A stretch of DNA of 63,775 bases, filler included, from Sluysia triapertura (GCA_046118255.1; 4 parts of 4 records of this genome joined end to end with filler, not necessarily neighbours in it); one strand, 5' to 3'; shown: positions 1 through 14,191, numbered from the whole stretch's first letter. The notes: generated by a model not told the origin, from the sequence alone. A program made the numbers and translations.

Positions 1-75
<75 letters not shown>
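1..75. repeat. (GT)n microsatellite, truncated by the window start
   Basis: Perfect GT dinucleotide run seen directly. Confidence 0.99.
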
Positions 76-78
<3 letters not shown>

Positions 79-899
79 AATATTTTAATTCTCAGACAGA
101 TGTACAACAATAATTATTTCTTCCATGTTGGATTCAATAAGCGATTGATTATTAATTTTATATATATTGTTACAATGAGTTCAGTAGATTTGGTCGTAGT
201 GATTTAAACAGTCCGAATAAAATCCAAAGCTAAAAACATGATAATTAACCGAAGAAAAAATTTCGCCAAGTTATTATATGTAGCTTTTGATATACAAAAC
301 GAGAACATATGCTGCGGTCGCCGTTCAAAAATGAATTTATTAAATTTTGTCACTTATTATATATGTATAAAATTAAACCAAAATGTCAATAAAATTCTAC
401 AACGTATTATAAAAGTGTTGTGATCATCAATAAAATTCTACAAAGTATAAGTACTACATAAAATGTGTGTATTTTTAGAATCGCATTACCTATTTATAAT
501 GTTTTTATGTATCAATATCGTGATAGATTTTTTAATTTAAAATTAATAATGACAAATAATTACTACTTTCTGTCTGGAATATTTACAATTAATAATAATA
601 ATAGTAATGGTAATAATAATAATAATAATAAATAAATAATAATAATAATAATAAGTAATAAGTAATTTACAACTAATAGTAAGTCAAAAATTAATAATAG
701 TAATATTCGAGAGTCAAGATTAATAATGATTTATAGTTGATAATAATGATAATAATAGTAAAAAATCTTGATTTTATTTTATTATGTCGAGAAACTAAAT
801 GATTATAACAAAATCATTCAAGTTGTTAAGATCATTAATAACTTTGATTAAATTATTTGATTCATTTAGCTTATCTTTAAAATGATTTAACATTTATTG

Positions 900-1900
900 G
901 CTTAATTTTTGGTAGTAATTGGCGGTCACTATCTCTTACATTTTCTAGTGTTTACAAATTAATGTTTTGTAATAATTGTGTCTGTGATTGGACGTCTAAT
1001 GAGCATTACAAAATAAAATTTGGTGAAATTTAGTTATTTTGCTGTTTGTTACTATAATTATACAGATTTATTTAACTACAACTGACAATTACTGACAGTT
1101 GCTGATATAATTTGTACATAGATACCGAATAATAGTAGTGGTAATAATACAGTAATAATAATGATAATAATGAAAATGTATATAAAACTTTCGCATAAAC
1201 TTTAATCTTTATAACATAAATTTCTTAACATAAATGAAATTCTTTTAGCAATTTTCTTTTCTTGTGTTTCTTTATATGATGTTAAATAAAAAATGCTAAA
1301 GCGTGTTTGTTGAGAGATTGTGAATTTGAAATGTTTTGGATTAATTTTAGCATGTGCATATTTGGTAGTTTAAGATGAAAATTATGATTCTAATGTTGTA
1401 AAGTTATAAGTTAAAAATGTTTTAAATGATATTTGAAATGTACATTGACAGTTTGAATGAAAATATGGTTTGGATGTTGTAGGGTTTTGAATTTGAAAAA
1501 TTTTGAAATGTGAAAAGTTTTAAATAAATCTGAGGAAGTAGAATGTAAAATGTAAAAAAAATTGTGATATTTTGCGTGAATTAGTAGTTTGAATTTCCAA
1601 TGAAAGGTTGGAAAGTATAAATTTTTAATTTTATACTGATTCAATTTTATTCGATAAAAATGTTCTTAAAATTTAATTCTTAATTTAAAATGATTTATTA
1701 ACTATTTAATGTTTAAAAATAACAAATTATTGTTTAAGACTACTGAAAAATTAAAATGATAAATTACTATTTTAAAATTATTTAAAATGAAAATGAATAT
1801 CTATTTAAAATTGTTTACGATGAAAAATGATTATATGTTTACATTTAGTTTTTAACATTTCATGATCAACTATTTCATTTTGTGTAAGTATGGGATTAAT
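900..1900 (-). repeat. Cassette family copy A (boundaries approximate)
   Basis: On the minus strand: C/A-rich block (about 1270-1700), TATGTTAAGAA...TTTATGCG (1192-1240), AAT tract, small CAACTGACA/TGACAGTTG hairpin near 1079-1101, then CCAATCACAGACACAATTATTACAAAAC (about 964-991). The last matches copy E CCAATCAGAGCACAACTAACCAAATTACAAAAG. Confidence 0.65.
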
Positions 1901-2532
1901 TTTTTTTATATTTTTCCAAACTAGTGACAAAAATGTGTGGTTGTTTTGTAGTGAAATTAAGTGAATAAAACTGCAAGGAAATTACTTTGCAATTCATTTT
2001 TAATACTTTTGATATATGATGCATTGATGAATGAAGCGTTAAAAATGATACTGTTGCTTTTGCTGCATATGAATTATATCAGTATGTGCTGTTTTTCGTA
2101 TTTACCAGATATAAGTTATTAGAAGTTATTACTCGAATGTACTATCTTGATAATTAACGCTCTTAATATTAATGTTAAATTAAAAATGTATTTTGTGTTT
2201 TAATAATATATTAATTAATATGAACTCTTGTCCTTTTGGAGATTAATTTTAATCTCTAAATTATGAAAAAAAGAAACAGTTCAACAAAAAACAAAAACGT
2301 AAGTATTCTACCTTTAACCATACTTAAATTTTATTTCGAATGTAGGCAAATTTATTTTTCTCATGTATAATATATTTTAATTATATTAATTATGTAATTA
2401 TATAATTAATATTTTAAAGCAATATAAAAAGCTTGTTATGTTATTCATATTTATAATATCTGAGTTTTGTTACTTTTTATTTTTTTATAATGTGTTTATA
2501 AGTTATTCAAAGACGTTATTTTATATTTTTAG

Positions 2533-2851
2533 GTTTTACCTGAGTAAACACAATGGTAGAGTAATAAATCTTCAACCTAACGCTGGTAATGCAGAAATAC
2601 TGGCATATTTTTACGGATCATCAAGTTCTAACTGCGTTACACCGTCACCGTCAGGTGGTGGTTCTGCTGCTTCTGGAGGTTCCAACGGTGTTCAAGCAGA
2701 AGCTGTATCACCGTCAAGGGAAAGTAGCGGTAGTGTCAATAGTCAGTTATCACATACATGTGGTGATGCAATACAATGTAATCAAACGGTAGCCACATCT
2801 CATTCACAAGGTCTACCCACATCAATTAATGCCAAAAAATATATATTACAA
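2533..2851 (+). CDS. CUL3: Cullin-3 exon (cullin homology region), apparently isolated
   Basis: The translation FYLSKHNGRVINLQPNAGNAEILAYFYG...NAKKYILQ resembles CUL3 [28 protein letters not shown]...TRKHILQV. It is bounded by a TTTTAG acceptor (2527-2532) and a GTAATT donor (2852) and has a long Ser/Gly-rich insert in the variable loop. Confidence 0.85.
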
Positions 2852-5136
2852 GTAATTTAATTTTACTATAAATATATATTTTAACCTCTAAATTATGAAA
2901 AAAGAAGAAACAATTCGAGAAATCGGCTGACCTTATCTTAAACATGTCTAAATAATTCTTTAAATCAGTTGCTCCAATAAACCTAGATCTAAAACGCTAA
3001 TTTTACTTGCACGATATGTCAAATTGGATTCTTTTATTTTGCTTCGATTATATTTTACAAAATTATTTGCGCCACGGAAAAGTTATTAAGTACTGTATAC
3101 CCAATTTTGCATTTATCAAGTGCATATTTAATTCGACCAATCATCGTAATGAAGTCTTATTAATTATATTATTTTAAATTAATAAAACTATCTTAAATAA
3201 CGCCTTAAATATAAGGCGTTTGAAAACTTCAATTTAAATCTTTATCTAATATAAATTCTATGAAAAAAGAAGTGCGCAGAAAATTAGAAATTACATTCGC
3301 TAGACAGATTTGTTACGAATATGGAATAACATTGAATTTGCCGAAACCCATGCAAAATGAATTACTTAACGTAACACATGAACTTTTGGAGTTTGAAGTC
3401 ATCCTAATAAAATTTAAAAGCAACCGTTACTGCTACTGTGATATAATTATTTTTTCTTAGATCTTTGTAAAATTGTTATAATAATTATAATATCTATTAT
3501 GAACATTAAAAAGTAAAATAGATATGTGATTGTAAGACCTTCATCTTCACGGAAGTTGAATTATCAGTCTATTATCAGCTTTGTTATTGTCAGTAAACAT
3601 TTCATTAATAATTTCATGCAGAGATTGATTTTGAATGATATTGTTTATTGAATTAAATGATGAAGATAATGACGCTTGAATTGATTAATTGATTTACTTT
3701 TAGATTTTCTTTTGATACTGTTTTTCTAAATTTGTTTTCCATTTTAATAAATTTTCATTTTGGGATACTGACAAATCATAAATAATATGTACAAATAAAT
3801 TAAATCAAGTCATATAAAATGATTTTCATTTTTATAGTGCTATATTCCATTTAATTATACTGAAATATAATTAGTTTTGGTTGTTTTATGATTAATAGAG
3901 AAGTTACTGAAAGGAATTTTGAGTTGAATAATATGTTGAGATTTTAAAGATAAGGATACATTTAAAAAAGTCTGACATCATTATTATATATATTTATGAC
4001 AATGTACATTTGAAGATTATATTCTTTTTTTTCAATTTTTGTTTTCTCTTAATTTAATTATGCAAAATTTTGATCATGATTGGATAACCAGTTATTTAAA
4101 TTTATGAAAAATGTGAGTAGTAAATTGAAGTAATAAATACTTTTTATTATTTCATTCGTCTTTAATTAATGTAAATTGCTTTTATAAACAAATCACTTTT
4201 TGTTACAATATTTTATTAATCAATGAAAATGCATAATTAAAAGAAATTAAAAAATTAACATTGAATTTGAAACGAAGCAATTAATTTTAAGATTAAAGTT
4301 AACCTTGTGATAAACATTTCAAATATAATATAAGTAATATTTATTTTTATTAATTCGACAGAGTAAAAAATTCATTTTCTATGTAAGAATTTGGTTTCAA
4401 ATAAAGAAAAAAATTGCGGTATTGTTTATGTAATAATATTGTTAATGCTTATAATTTAAGTGAAACTTTGAATAATGCATATGAAATTTTTGAACACATT
4501 CGAATTGGTTTAGTCAGTATTGAAATATAATCAAGATGTTTGAAATTGAATTTAATAAAAGCTTGAGCAATTGTTTGGAGCTCTATAATTAATGTATTCA
4601 ACCAGATAATAACTGTTATTTATATGTTATGATCTTAAATTTTAAATAGTCAACATTTCTTCCTTATATTAGGTGCATATTTATAAAAAATTAATCAATA
4701 AAAATGCACATTTCTTTTACTACTGGACTTTGACAATTAATCAATAAGTAAAAATATCGCAAAAATGTTTTTGTAATTTAAAAGCAAAAATTTTAGAAAT
4801 AAAAGTTCGGCTGTCAAAATCAAAACCAGTTCTTATTTTATGACCAAAGAACAAAAAATAATTGTTATGGCGATGATACTATAACAAAAATAACTTAATC
4901 ATAATATTTTCACTTTAAATACAATCAAAATTCTTAATTCTAATTTATTAAATCACAAATAAATATTATTGTGTAAATCAGTGACATAAATCGTCAGTTT
5001 ATATACTTGATTATAATTCAATATGCATAAAAATTATAGTTGCAAATAAAGGGACACGATAATCACAATATTTTATAATTTTAAATTTATTGCATTAACA
5101 ATAATGACGTGGAAGGTTTTTCTTAAAAGAACTTAA

Positions 5137-5225
5137 CCTACTTGCAAAATATCTGAAGAGTCGATCTGCCTAATATATACGATTTATACCACTATTAGAG
5201 ACGTATTATTAGAATTTTTATAACT
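5137..5225 (+). repeat. Dispersed hairpin-containing repeat, copy 1 (copy 2 at 52416-52506)
   Basis: TATCTGAAGAGTC...GCCTAATATATACG...GAGACGTATTATTAG is shared with 52432-52494. Confidence 0.7.
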
Positions 5226-5326
5226 TATACGTAATTTAAGGAAACTTTTGTTTATATCTTACTGTATATGTAACAATAGGTTAATCTAAACAATTAAATA
5301 TTACGTTTAAATTATAGATTTTACAT

Positions 5327-5663
5327 TTACAAAACCCTCTTTAAGGTGCTGCTTTCAAAATAAATTTGATTTGAGTTTATAAATTACACAACCCTTGTAT
5401 TAAGGTGTTGTTCAGAAATCAATATTTTATAATTTACACAACCTTTTTATCAAGGTGTTGTTTGAAAGCAATGATTTATTTTAAGTAAAATAAAATAATA
5501 ATCCTACAAAAAATCTATTAATGTACAAAACGTGTAACTTACACGAAAAAATTCGTATACAGAGATTTATTATTATAATAATGATACGTAAGTTAATAAC
5601 TCAACCGTAGTTGATTATAGATCAATTTAATTGGAAAATTACCCAACCCTCTTTAAGGTGTTG
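5327..5663. repeat. Array of four palindromic ~26-bp units (TTACACAACCCT..TTAAGGTGTTG)
   Basis: Copies at 5327-5351, 5384-5410, 5434-5460 and 5639-5663, separated by AT-rich spacers. Confidence 0.8.
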
Positions 5664-6939
5664 GTACAAAAAATGTTAAAATAATTTAAGTATATTTTGG
5701 TATTCCTGATATACAGTGAATACATAGACTTACCAAGGAAAAAATTACTCAGATTGCATGGATCTTAAAATTTGCTGCTAATTTTTTGGATATATTATAT
5801 TGTCGTTGCTATCGTGGTTAACGTTATTGTGAATTCTACAAAATTCTAAAGAGTTTATATAGTATATTACGCCATTTTAATTTACCTAATATTAAATATT
5901 TGCCTAAAAATAAATATTAAAATATCTAAAAATAAATATTAAAATTATTCAAAAACAATTACCCAAATTAATTATTTGAACAAAATATTTTCTTTTGATA
6001 TTTAATAATGACTTTAATTTATTTTAAATACTAATTTCTTTTTAATTTTCTTATTTTAAAATTTTTGTTAATTATATTTATTTATTAATTTTCTTATTTT
6101 TTAAAATTTTTGATTATATTTATTTAATAATATTTGTATAATAACAATAATATTTACAAGATATAAAACAAACAAAATGGAACAATCTTTACAATCCAGC
6201 TTTACAACCTAACAACCGCAAATAACAATTATGATTATAACAATAACGACAACAAGTGTGATTATTATTGTCTCCATTAATGTCATGAATATAATGAAAA
6301 TAATATTTCCAATATATTATACCTTAATACCCATAATAAAGTCGATAACAATGACGATATATGTTAACCTTTAGTGGACGAATGTTAAATCATTCTTACT
6401 CCTTGAAACTTTTATCCTGCTGTCAAGTTATGTGGAACCCAAACACCGTATTTTAGTATCTTCCTAAATAGTTTCATATGATTTAAAACGGTTTTATTGC
6501 GGTTTCCTAATATCAATAATAATTTTAATGCAATTCCTAATATTCTAAATTTACAATAAACATTCTATTGATATTTAATGTAGATATTTAAAAGCGATTA
6601 AGTGTTTAATAAATATTAAAATTCAAAATAGTTTAAAATTTGTTTTATAATTTTATAATGGAGAAGAAAATTTTAGTAAAGTTTAAAACATCATTGTATT
6701 TTTAATTTTGAAGTGGGCTTGTAAGGACATTTAATAAATACAAGAGTTATTAAATGAAGGTATATTATTGTGATTGAAATTCAATTAGTGAAGACTTCAT
6801 TTAAATTGCTTAGAGAAAATTTTATGGACTTAAAGATCTTATTAAAGTAAATATTAAATTGAAGTGTTTTCTTAAAAAATATTGATTACTTATTATAAGC
6901 TTAAAATATATTCGAGTCTTTAGAAATTCCTTAGAATTC

Positions 6940-8260
6940 TTTAATACCTAATACCTTAACAATTTTATTAAAAATTTATATTACACATTTTCAGAAATTC
7001 ATTAAAAACATTTTTGTTACATAAGTCTTCGTCAATATAACATTCACCCCCAAAATCTACAACTCACATTTCTAAATTCACAACTAATACAAAAATAATC
7101 AAAATCATATCCGTTTCAACACCACACAACAATTTTGTTAAAGTCTTCATAACCATTTTTATATCTTGTTTCTTTTTACATCCACAGAAATCAACTTCCA
7201 TTTTTCAAAACATTTCAAAATCTACAATTTACACTCTAAAATCAACATAAAACATATTAAACTAAATCAACACATTGTACATAAAACAATACTCTCTAAC
7301 ATTTTAACATTATCATATTTATCTCCTGTACATCCACTAAAACAATTCATCCCCTAAAGTCAATTTAAATCCATACCACTAATAGCTCAAAGACAAGATT
7401 ACCTAAAAACATCAAGAAAATAAATCACATTTTCAACATTGTACAATCACCTTTTGAACACACTAAAAAATAGACTATAATTTATCTTCTTTACATTCGC
7501 TAAACACTCTTCTAAATGTATCTTTAGATCACATTCTTCTAATATTTAAACATTATCTTCACTCAAAAGCATCATTTTAAACGTACAGCATTAGAACTAC
7601 AATCGCATCTTGAAATATCAACTATATGTTTAAAACCAATTCAAACTCATTTTCATTTAAAGATCTGTAGTTAAATAAATTTAACTATGTTAAGAAACAT
7701 TAAAGTGTAAAAAGAAAGATCTTGTTTCAAGTAATATCAAGAATTTATGTATTTTAGGATAGTAATAATAATAATAACATTCTTGTTGTTATCATGATTA
7801 TTATTATCACCATTTTAATTTTTATAATTATCATTGTATTTCTTGTTATTTTCAAGTTTTTAATAAGTCGAAACGTTTAAGATTCAAAAGAAAGTTTATG
7901 TGATTTTTAATTCGAAAAAGTTTATGCGATTTTAATAATAATAACACTGTGTTATTATTATTATCATCTTTATTATTATTATTATTATTATTTCATTTTT
8001 GGACATAAATAAATAATTAACTGAATATCTGCCATCATCAGCAGTGACATTTTGATTTACATTTATAATTTAACGTCATTGTTGATGATGGTTGTCATCA
8101 CAGTGTATTTGGTCATACGTCACTTTTAATTTGTGTTTTTATCATTTCAATACTTCTGGTGGACGACCAATCAAGAATTACTCAGTAATCACATAAATTT
8201 TTGTCACAATTTAAAAAATAATTTTTTATTTTCGTTTAGATAGCGGAACGGGATAAATAC
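6940..8260 (+). repeat. Cassette family copy B
   Basis: C/A-rich block 6950-7650, TATGTTAAGAA...AAAAGAAAGATC...TTTATGT (7686-7750), AAT tracts, a 20-bp-arm hairpin 8032-8051/8072-8091 (17/20 complementary), and CCAATC at 8167. Confidence 0.75.
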
Positions 8261-9779
8261 ATGGCACATCATTCGGGACAGCAATTTTAATTTATATATG
8301 TGTAATAAATAAAATTTTATGTAATTTTTATTTATTAATTCTCGTGTTAAAGTTAAGAAATAAATTTCAATTATATGTAGTAATTTTTAATCTACCATGG
8401 ATAAGATATAAATCCTCACAACATTCGAAATATTCACAACAGAGATATTTTTACAAATAATTAATGTATCATGTCTTATATTTTGTTTATACATTCAAAA
8501 AGAAATTATTCTGTGAAGGGTTTGAGATATAAAATATTGATATTAGTGGCACAAAATCATTAATGTGATAGTGCTTTTGTAATATAATAACTGGAATGAA
8601 TCAATAAAGTGTAACTTATGTATGATGATAAAAATTAGGTACAATATAGAGAATTAAATTAATAAATTATAAACTTAATTAATAAATTTAAGTTAAATAA
8701 TTTAAATGAAAACAACTCTACAAATAGTTACATGTCCAAAGTATGAACACAACAAAAATTTAGAATAACACCAATATTAATTATGGCATAAATGTAGGAC
8801 CATACAAATATTTACACCATGTAAAGAAAACCAATATCACAAGTAAACAATTTACACAAAAGTATACGACATAATTGGTCAAAACATCATTAATAATACC
8901 GAGTCTAAGATCAACGCAAAATTAGAATTCAACAGTGTTTTGACACTACATCATCAGTCGAACTTACTCAACAACACCTATCATGACAATAATGTTTATT
9001 TATTAAAAATTCTGAACGAATGCGTCGATTTTCTACAATTAATGGAAGACATTAATAACTTAAAGAATGCAACTGCCAATGTCACTCGGAAATTAAAAAT
9101 AATTAACTTTCCTGATATTTCTAAAGTAATCACCATTGTTAATTTTCATTCTTATTCTTTTCTTCTTTTTAGTATCGTAAGAAACTGGAATTCGTAAAGT
9201 TAAACCAAATGACTAGGTTATATGTCCTATTAGATATTCAAAAAATACTGAAATAGTAAATACTCATAAGGAAAGTGCATTTGGTGAATTTTATATAGCA
9301 AATAGGATTCATTTTCTGCAATATATAAGGATCCAAAAAAATTAAAAATTCCCCAAATGTATCTTTTCAATACATAATGAACCTATCATTTCATTTAAAT
9401 ATATATCGCATGAATAACAAAAGCTTTTTGATTAATGTATGTTTTTTGTTTTGAATACAGAACAATCAAATTATATGAATAAATAGATACAAGTTTAGAG
9501 ACATAATAAAATTTATATTTTCATTTTCTTTTCTGTGTTACCATAGTTTGTTACCAAGAATTAAAATATTTAAGTATAAACCAATAAAAATTTAACTGTA
9601 ATACTTTATTATAATTTGTTTGGCCTTTAAATAATTATAATATTTTATATTTTATTGTTATGCGATTGAAAAGGTGACTTGATATCTTACTTTTGATTCT
9701 ATTCTATATTTTATATTTGTATATAAAGAAATTTATTCGTTAACATCGATCAGTCGGTTGATTTCTTGATGTAAACTCA

Positions 9780-10036
9780 CTAAGAAGGTCATGTCAACAC
9801 ATCTTACAAATAGTCCATTTAAGTGATCTGAATGCATGTAAATACTCCTCCTGATTTATTTCTTTGGGGTGCGTACGTCAAAAATCCGAGAATGAAAGAT
9901 CAACTCGTGGCAATGATAATCAATTATTGCACACAAATTAATGAAGACTTGTGACGAAGTGTTTGCTATTCTGTCGTTAGGAGTGTAAAATTCATTTAAG
10001 AAGGCGGCCAACATTTTGAGCATATACTCCGTTAGA
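9780..10036 (+). mobile_element. Tc1/mariner-superfamily transposase C-terminal remnant
   Basis: The degenerate translation TPPDLFLWG...AYVKNP...QINEDL*RSVC...EGGQHFEHILR* matches the typical SPDLTPxDFFLWG...GGHFEHLL ending. Confidence 0.75.
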
Positions 10037-11409
10037 TTATGTACATAATTTTAATATGTAATAATAGATTGGACTTTTATAATTTGTGTCGAAAAGGAAC
10101 ATATCACAAATGATGACGTAATCATTGCAGATTCCCGTACTAATCTTGTTAATCTCGAAATAATTATTTTAAATTTCAATATTTGTTTTTTATTCTATTT
10201 AATTTTTAATGTGAATTCGTTTCATGCATTCATTCGATTAGATCATTTGAATTAGAACCGGATAATTCATTGTAACAATATTAGCATGTCAACTAATTGA
10301 TTTTTACGATAATCGTCGTTTTAAATTCAACTTTATTCTTATTTAATGACTTGAATAAAAAATAAGAAGTAGAAAAGAATTTATGACATTATTGACACAA
10401 CAATTAGCAACAATCAATATAATAAATAGTTGGTGTATGACATTCATGAGGGATGGTCGAAAAACTTAATAAAACCATAAACGTACTTAGAAATATTCAT
10501 AATTATAAACGATTTTGATGTTCCTCGGTTTTATTTGCTGCATTTATACATAAAATTTCTTAAAGGATTGGGCAGTTAAATCTTGTTATATAATATCAGA
10601 CGTAATATTTTGTATAATTTTTAACATGACTAAAAATCCAACAGTTGTTATTCATAATAATTATAATAATATAAATATTAATAAATATAACATAAATATT
10701 AAATATTATCTAATTGATCTAAATTGGATAAATATGGAACCAATGAGCCACAGCTAAACTTCAAATCTGGTGGAGTAACATACGTAAGGCATTCATAACC
10801 TTATCATGAAATATATTACTCATTCTTACATCTAAATAAAACTGAATGATCTTAATACTTTAGCCCACATAGAGTTTTTGGGACAACTGAAATCTCAACC
10901 TATTCTAATTCTAATTAGATAAAGCAATAACTTACCAAAACTACAATAGAAGTTACACTATTCATGTATTTGATTAAATCTTATAACATTTAATATTTAT
11001 TTTATTTCATTATATTATTATTTATTATTCCATTTATTTTATAATATTATTTCTAAATTGATTTTATAAAAATATTTATTTTTATTATATTAAAGAAATA
11101 ATAATATTAATAATTTAATAATAATTTAATAAATTTAATAATTAAGATTAAATTGAAACTAAACATTTAAAAATTAAAAACTACTTGAAATTAAATTAAA
11201 ATTAAATATTTAAAATTTTCAAATCATTTAAATTGTTTAAATAAACTATTTTTGTAAATAGCAATATGGCTGCTGAAAATTCTACATAAAAATCAGTGGG
11301 TTTAACGGAATTTTCACAAGTGTTCAAAATCCATGTATTAATATTAAGTTTCGCCTTCTCACCGTAACTGGGAGAAGTAAAATCCACTTAAAATATTAAT
11401 TTACTTCGT

Positions 11410-11750
11410 ACTTATACCGTAAAAAGGATAAGTCAACATTTAATTAAAATTTCTATACTAAATCTAATAATTTAGATTTAAGTATTAACATATATATCGT
11501 TTTTATAACTGTTTTGTCTATAAAGATTTGTTTCTTGTATATAAAGAATTGTCTTTGATAATACACCTTATAGGTAGTTTCTTGAATTGTACATTAAAAA
11601 AAACTAAAATCAACTTTCAACGCTAGACCATAATAAGTCTAGCTTAAAATCGTATAATACTACATAAAGTTTTCCTAAATTAGACCGTAAAAGGCTAATT
11701 TAAAATATTATTCTTTAAAGTTAGACCGTAAAAAGGCTAACTCAAAATCA
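11410..11750. repeat. Array of four small hairpin units (TTAGACCGTAAAAGGCTAA-like)
   Basis: TTATACCGTAAAAAGGATAA (about 11412), GCTAGACCATAATAAGTCTAGC (11622), AATTAGACCGTAAAAGGCTAATT (11678) and AGTTAGACCGTAAAAAGGCTAACT (11719). Confidence 0.8.
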
Positions 11751-11899
11751 TCTAAAGTATAATTAATAGTTTTTTTATTATTTAAATACCGTCATTCTCC
11801 TGACTAAACATTTTTGTAAGTGACTCTTCTAAAATCAGATTTTATTGCTTCTTAAAAACCTAATAGACCGCCGTCGACCAGACAAGCCATTTCTGTTAG

Positions 11900-13100
11900 G
11901 TGGACTTGTAGTGGTCAATCCTAATAACCACTAAAAATTTATTAAAATTCCGCAACATCCAAATCACAATCGTATTTAACACTATCAATTTACATTAACT
12001 AATTCACAAAAAAGCATAACTCGACATTCACAATAATCCAACAACAAATTCATTCGAAATAATCCATCTAATACTTCCAAACCCTTCATTTTACGCTACA
12101 TTTTGGCAATTAATATCTAACAATCGATAACATTCATTTAATAGTTTATTCGCTTAAATCAAATCACAATCATAAACTTACAACATATAAATCACAATTA
12201 CATTTAATACCATTCCACAACACTAGTAAACCTATTTGAAAAGTATAAGATACCTAATTCATACCTTGAATCAATTACATTTCAAACTTACTATTCATCT
12301 ACACATAATCGTCATCAACATTGTGCAACAGCATTGCATTTTTTTTCTTTTAAATTCAATAAATCACAATCCATTATATTTCAATACATAAAACTTGTTT
12401 TCATACATAAAAACTTCAATTAACATTGAAGAACGTATTCTAACACACTCTAATTCACTGCAAGACTCATATCAATTATTAAACCTTCAAAGGTCAAACA
12501 TATCTATCAATTCTTTTAAAACAATTATCACTCAGCAATTTAGTCTCAAATACATTTTAATCTATTTCAACACGATAAAACTTTTCAAAAATTCAAAGTA
12601 AATCTAATACAGCTTTAAAGAATTCACTGTTATGAAACGAAGCAATAACGATAACTAGATCACAGTACGTCCTGTTATCGTTGCTCTTTCATATAATATC
12701 AGCAATTTTTATTTCATTTTATTTACATATGTCAGAATAAGAAAAGAATTTGTTAATGTTTAAAGAATTTCATGCGAATTTCATTATTCTTGTTAATAAT
12801 AATAATAACATTATTATTGTTATTATTAATATCACATATCAGAAAATAATTTCATTAAAATTTTTATGTCAAAATTTGGTCGCTACCATCACCATTGTTA
12901 ACACTATGTATCACAGTTCCCATTAATGTGTCAGTCATCAGTACTAATAATTTTTGCATGCTACCCAATCAGAGCTGATATTGTTCAATGTTCTGTCTTG
13001 AGGCTCTGATTGAATGACCAACCAAAATCGAAATTGCCGGATCTAAAAATAAAATGATAATAAAAAATTAAGCAACGAATTAAAAAGGAAAAAAAATACA
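11900..13100 (+). repeat. Cassette family copy C
   Basis: C/A-rich block 11930-12620, hairpin 12634-12655/12674-12690, TATGTCAGAATAAGAAAAGAA...TTTCATGCG, AAT tract, CCATCACCATTG at about 12886, and a perfect CAATCAGAGC (12966-12975)/GCTCTGATTG (13003-13012) inverted pair. Confidence 0.8.
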
Positions 13101-13205
13101 AATTAAAAATTTAGTGCGGATATCAAAAATTTATCATTAGATTTTAAGTAATAAGCTCTTGATATTGTTTTTTTTCAATTTCAAATACCACATTCAAGTT
13201 CTAGA

Positions 13206-14191
13206 ATGACATTACCATTATATATACAACTTAAGCAGAGTGGAAGTTCAAATATTAACCTTTCTACGTATTATTGGTAGATTATGCTTCGAAAGACTAT
13301 CATCTAAATTTGTATCAAATGCATCAGTCAGTAAATCAAGTAGTGAAGAATTCAATATACTAGGTTTTAAACCTATGATTTCGACTAATAGTGATGGTTC
13401 CAATTTCGTTGCCATATGCTCCGAACTTAAATAATTTCTCATCATCAACAAGACATACTAAAAGATGTCAAAGTGTATATAAAAATAATTTAGACCTAAA
13501 TGAAATGATGCAAGATTTATTAAAAGATTTATGTTATGATTTGAATGTCACAACACTTGGTTTTATAATTCTTCAAAATGTGAGACTACTACTAAAAGCA
13601 TATAGCTGTTCATTAATTTTGATAGAAGAAGATCTGGTAACTCTTCAACCGATGCTTGTTAGTAAATTGCTTGATTTAACCAGAGATGATGTTTCGAACG
13701 AAGTTGTAAAGCATTGTCATGACAATATTATTCGAATTCCATTTAGTCACGTGGCACAAACAGTGGAATATGAAAGTGTTGAAGATGTATATAGAGTTAA
13801 ACGATCAAATGTAGAAATAGATAAATCGACTAGTAATGTTGCAAAGTGTGATTTGTGCATGATTCTAAAAGACAATACTGTTATCGTAAGCAAAATAACA
13901 CAAACAGTTAATAAAGTCAATCAATATCAGTATTCATATAGTCAAAGAGATGTCAAAGATTTTCAAAGTTGTCTAAGCTTTAGTGTGATGATTATAAAAA
14001 AGGCACAAGTTCATCGTCAATTTCAGTTACATACTCGGCAAAATCAAAACAGAACAATAAACAAACAAAACGGAATTACCGATTTAGTCACAGTCGAAGA
14101 TGGAGATGGAGATGAAGATATTCACTTCAAGAAAATATCCTTAGTAAAATTTTATTTTTTATTTTTAATTCCTTGCCATTATTTAATTTAG
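13206..14191 (+). pseudogene. Truncated, frameshifted cGMP phosphodiesterase (PDE5/6/11 type) N-terminus plus GAF-A domain, fused to unrelated sequence
   Basis: SVSKSSSEEFNILGFKPMISTNSDG, then DLLKDLCYDLNV...ILQNVRLLLKAYSCSL...LVSKLLD...HVAQT...NVEIDKST...DLCMILKD...QTVNK...KAQVHRQFQLHTRQNQ, follow the PDE GAF-A consensus. Similarity stops after RQNQ (about 14047); there is no GAF-B or catalytic domain. Confidence 0.85.

Noticed and set aside
1-207. 68-aa VC-repeat ORF
   Set aside because: It is only the translation of the (GT)n microsatellite.
3260-3510. Possible piggyBac transposase C-terminal remnant (RRKL...LNLPKPMQ...RYCYC)
   Set aside because: Similarity is too weak to support without a search, and no catalytic region or TIR is visible.
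5327-5663. CRISPR-like repeat/spacer appearance
   Set aside because: Eukaryotic context, degenerate repeats, irregular spacing, partly similar spacers and no cas genes.
8700-9400. Possible cargo ORF remnants downstream of cassette B
   Set aside because: Composition is coding-like but fragmented, and no family is recognisable.
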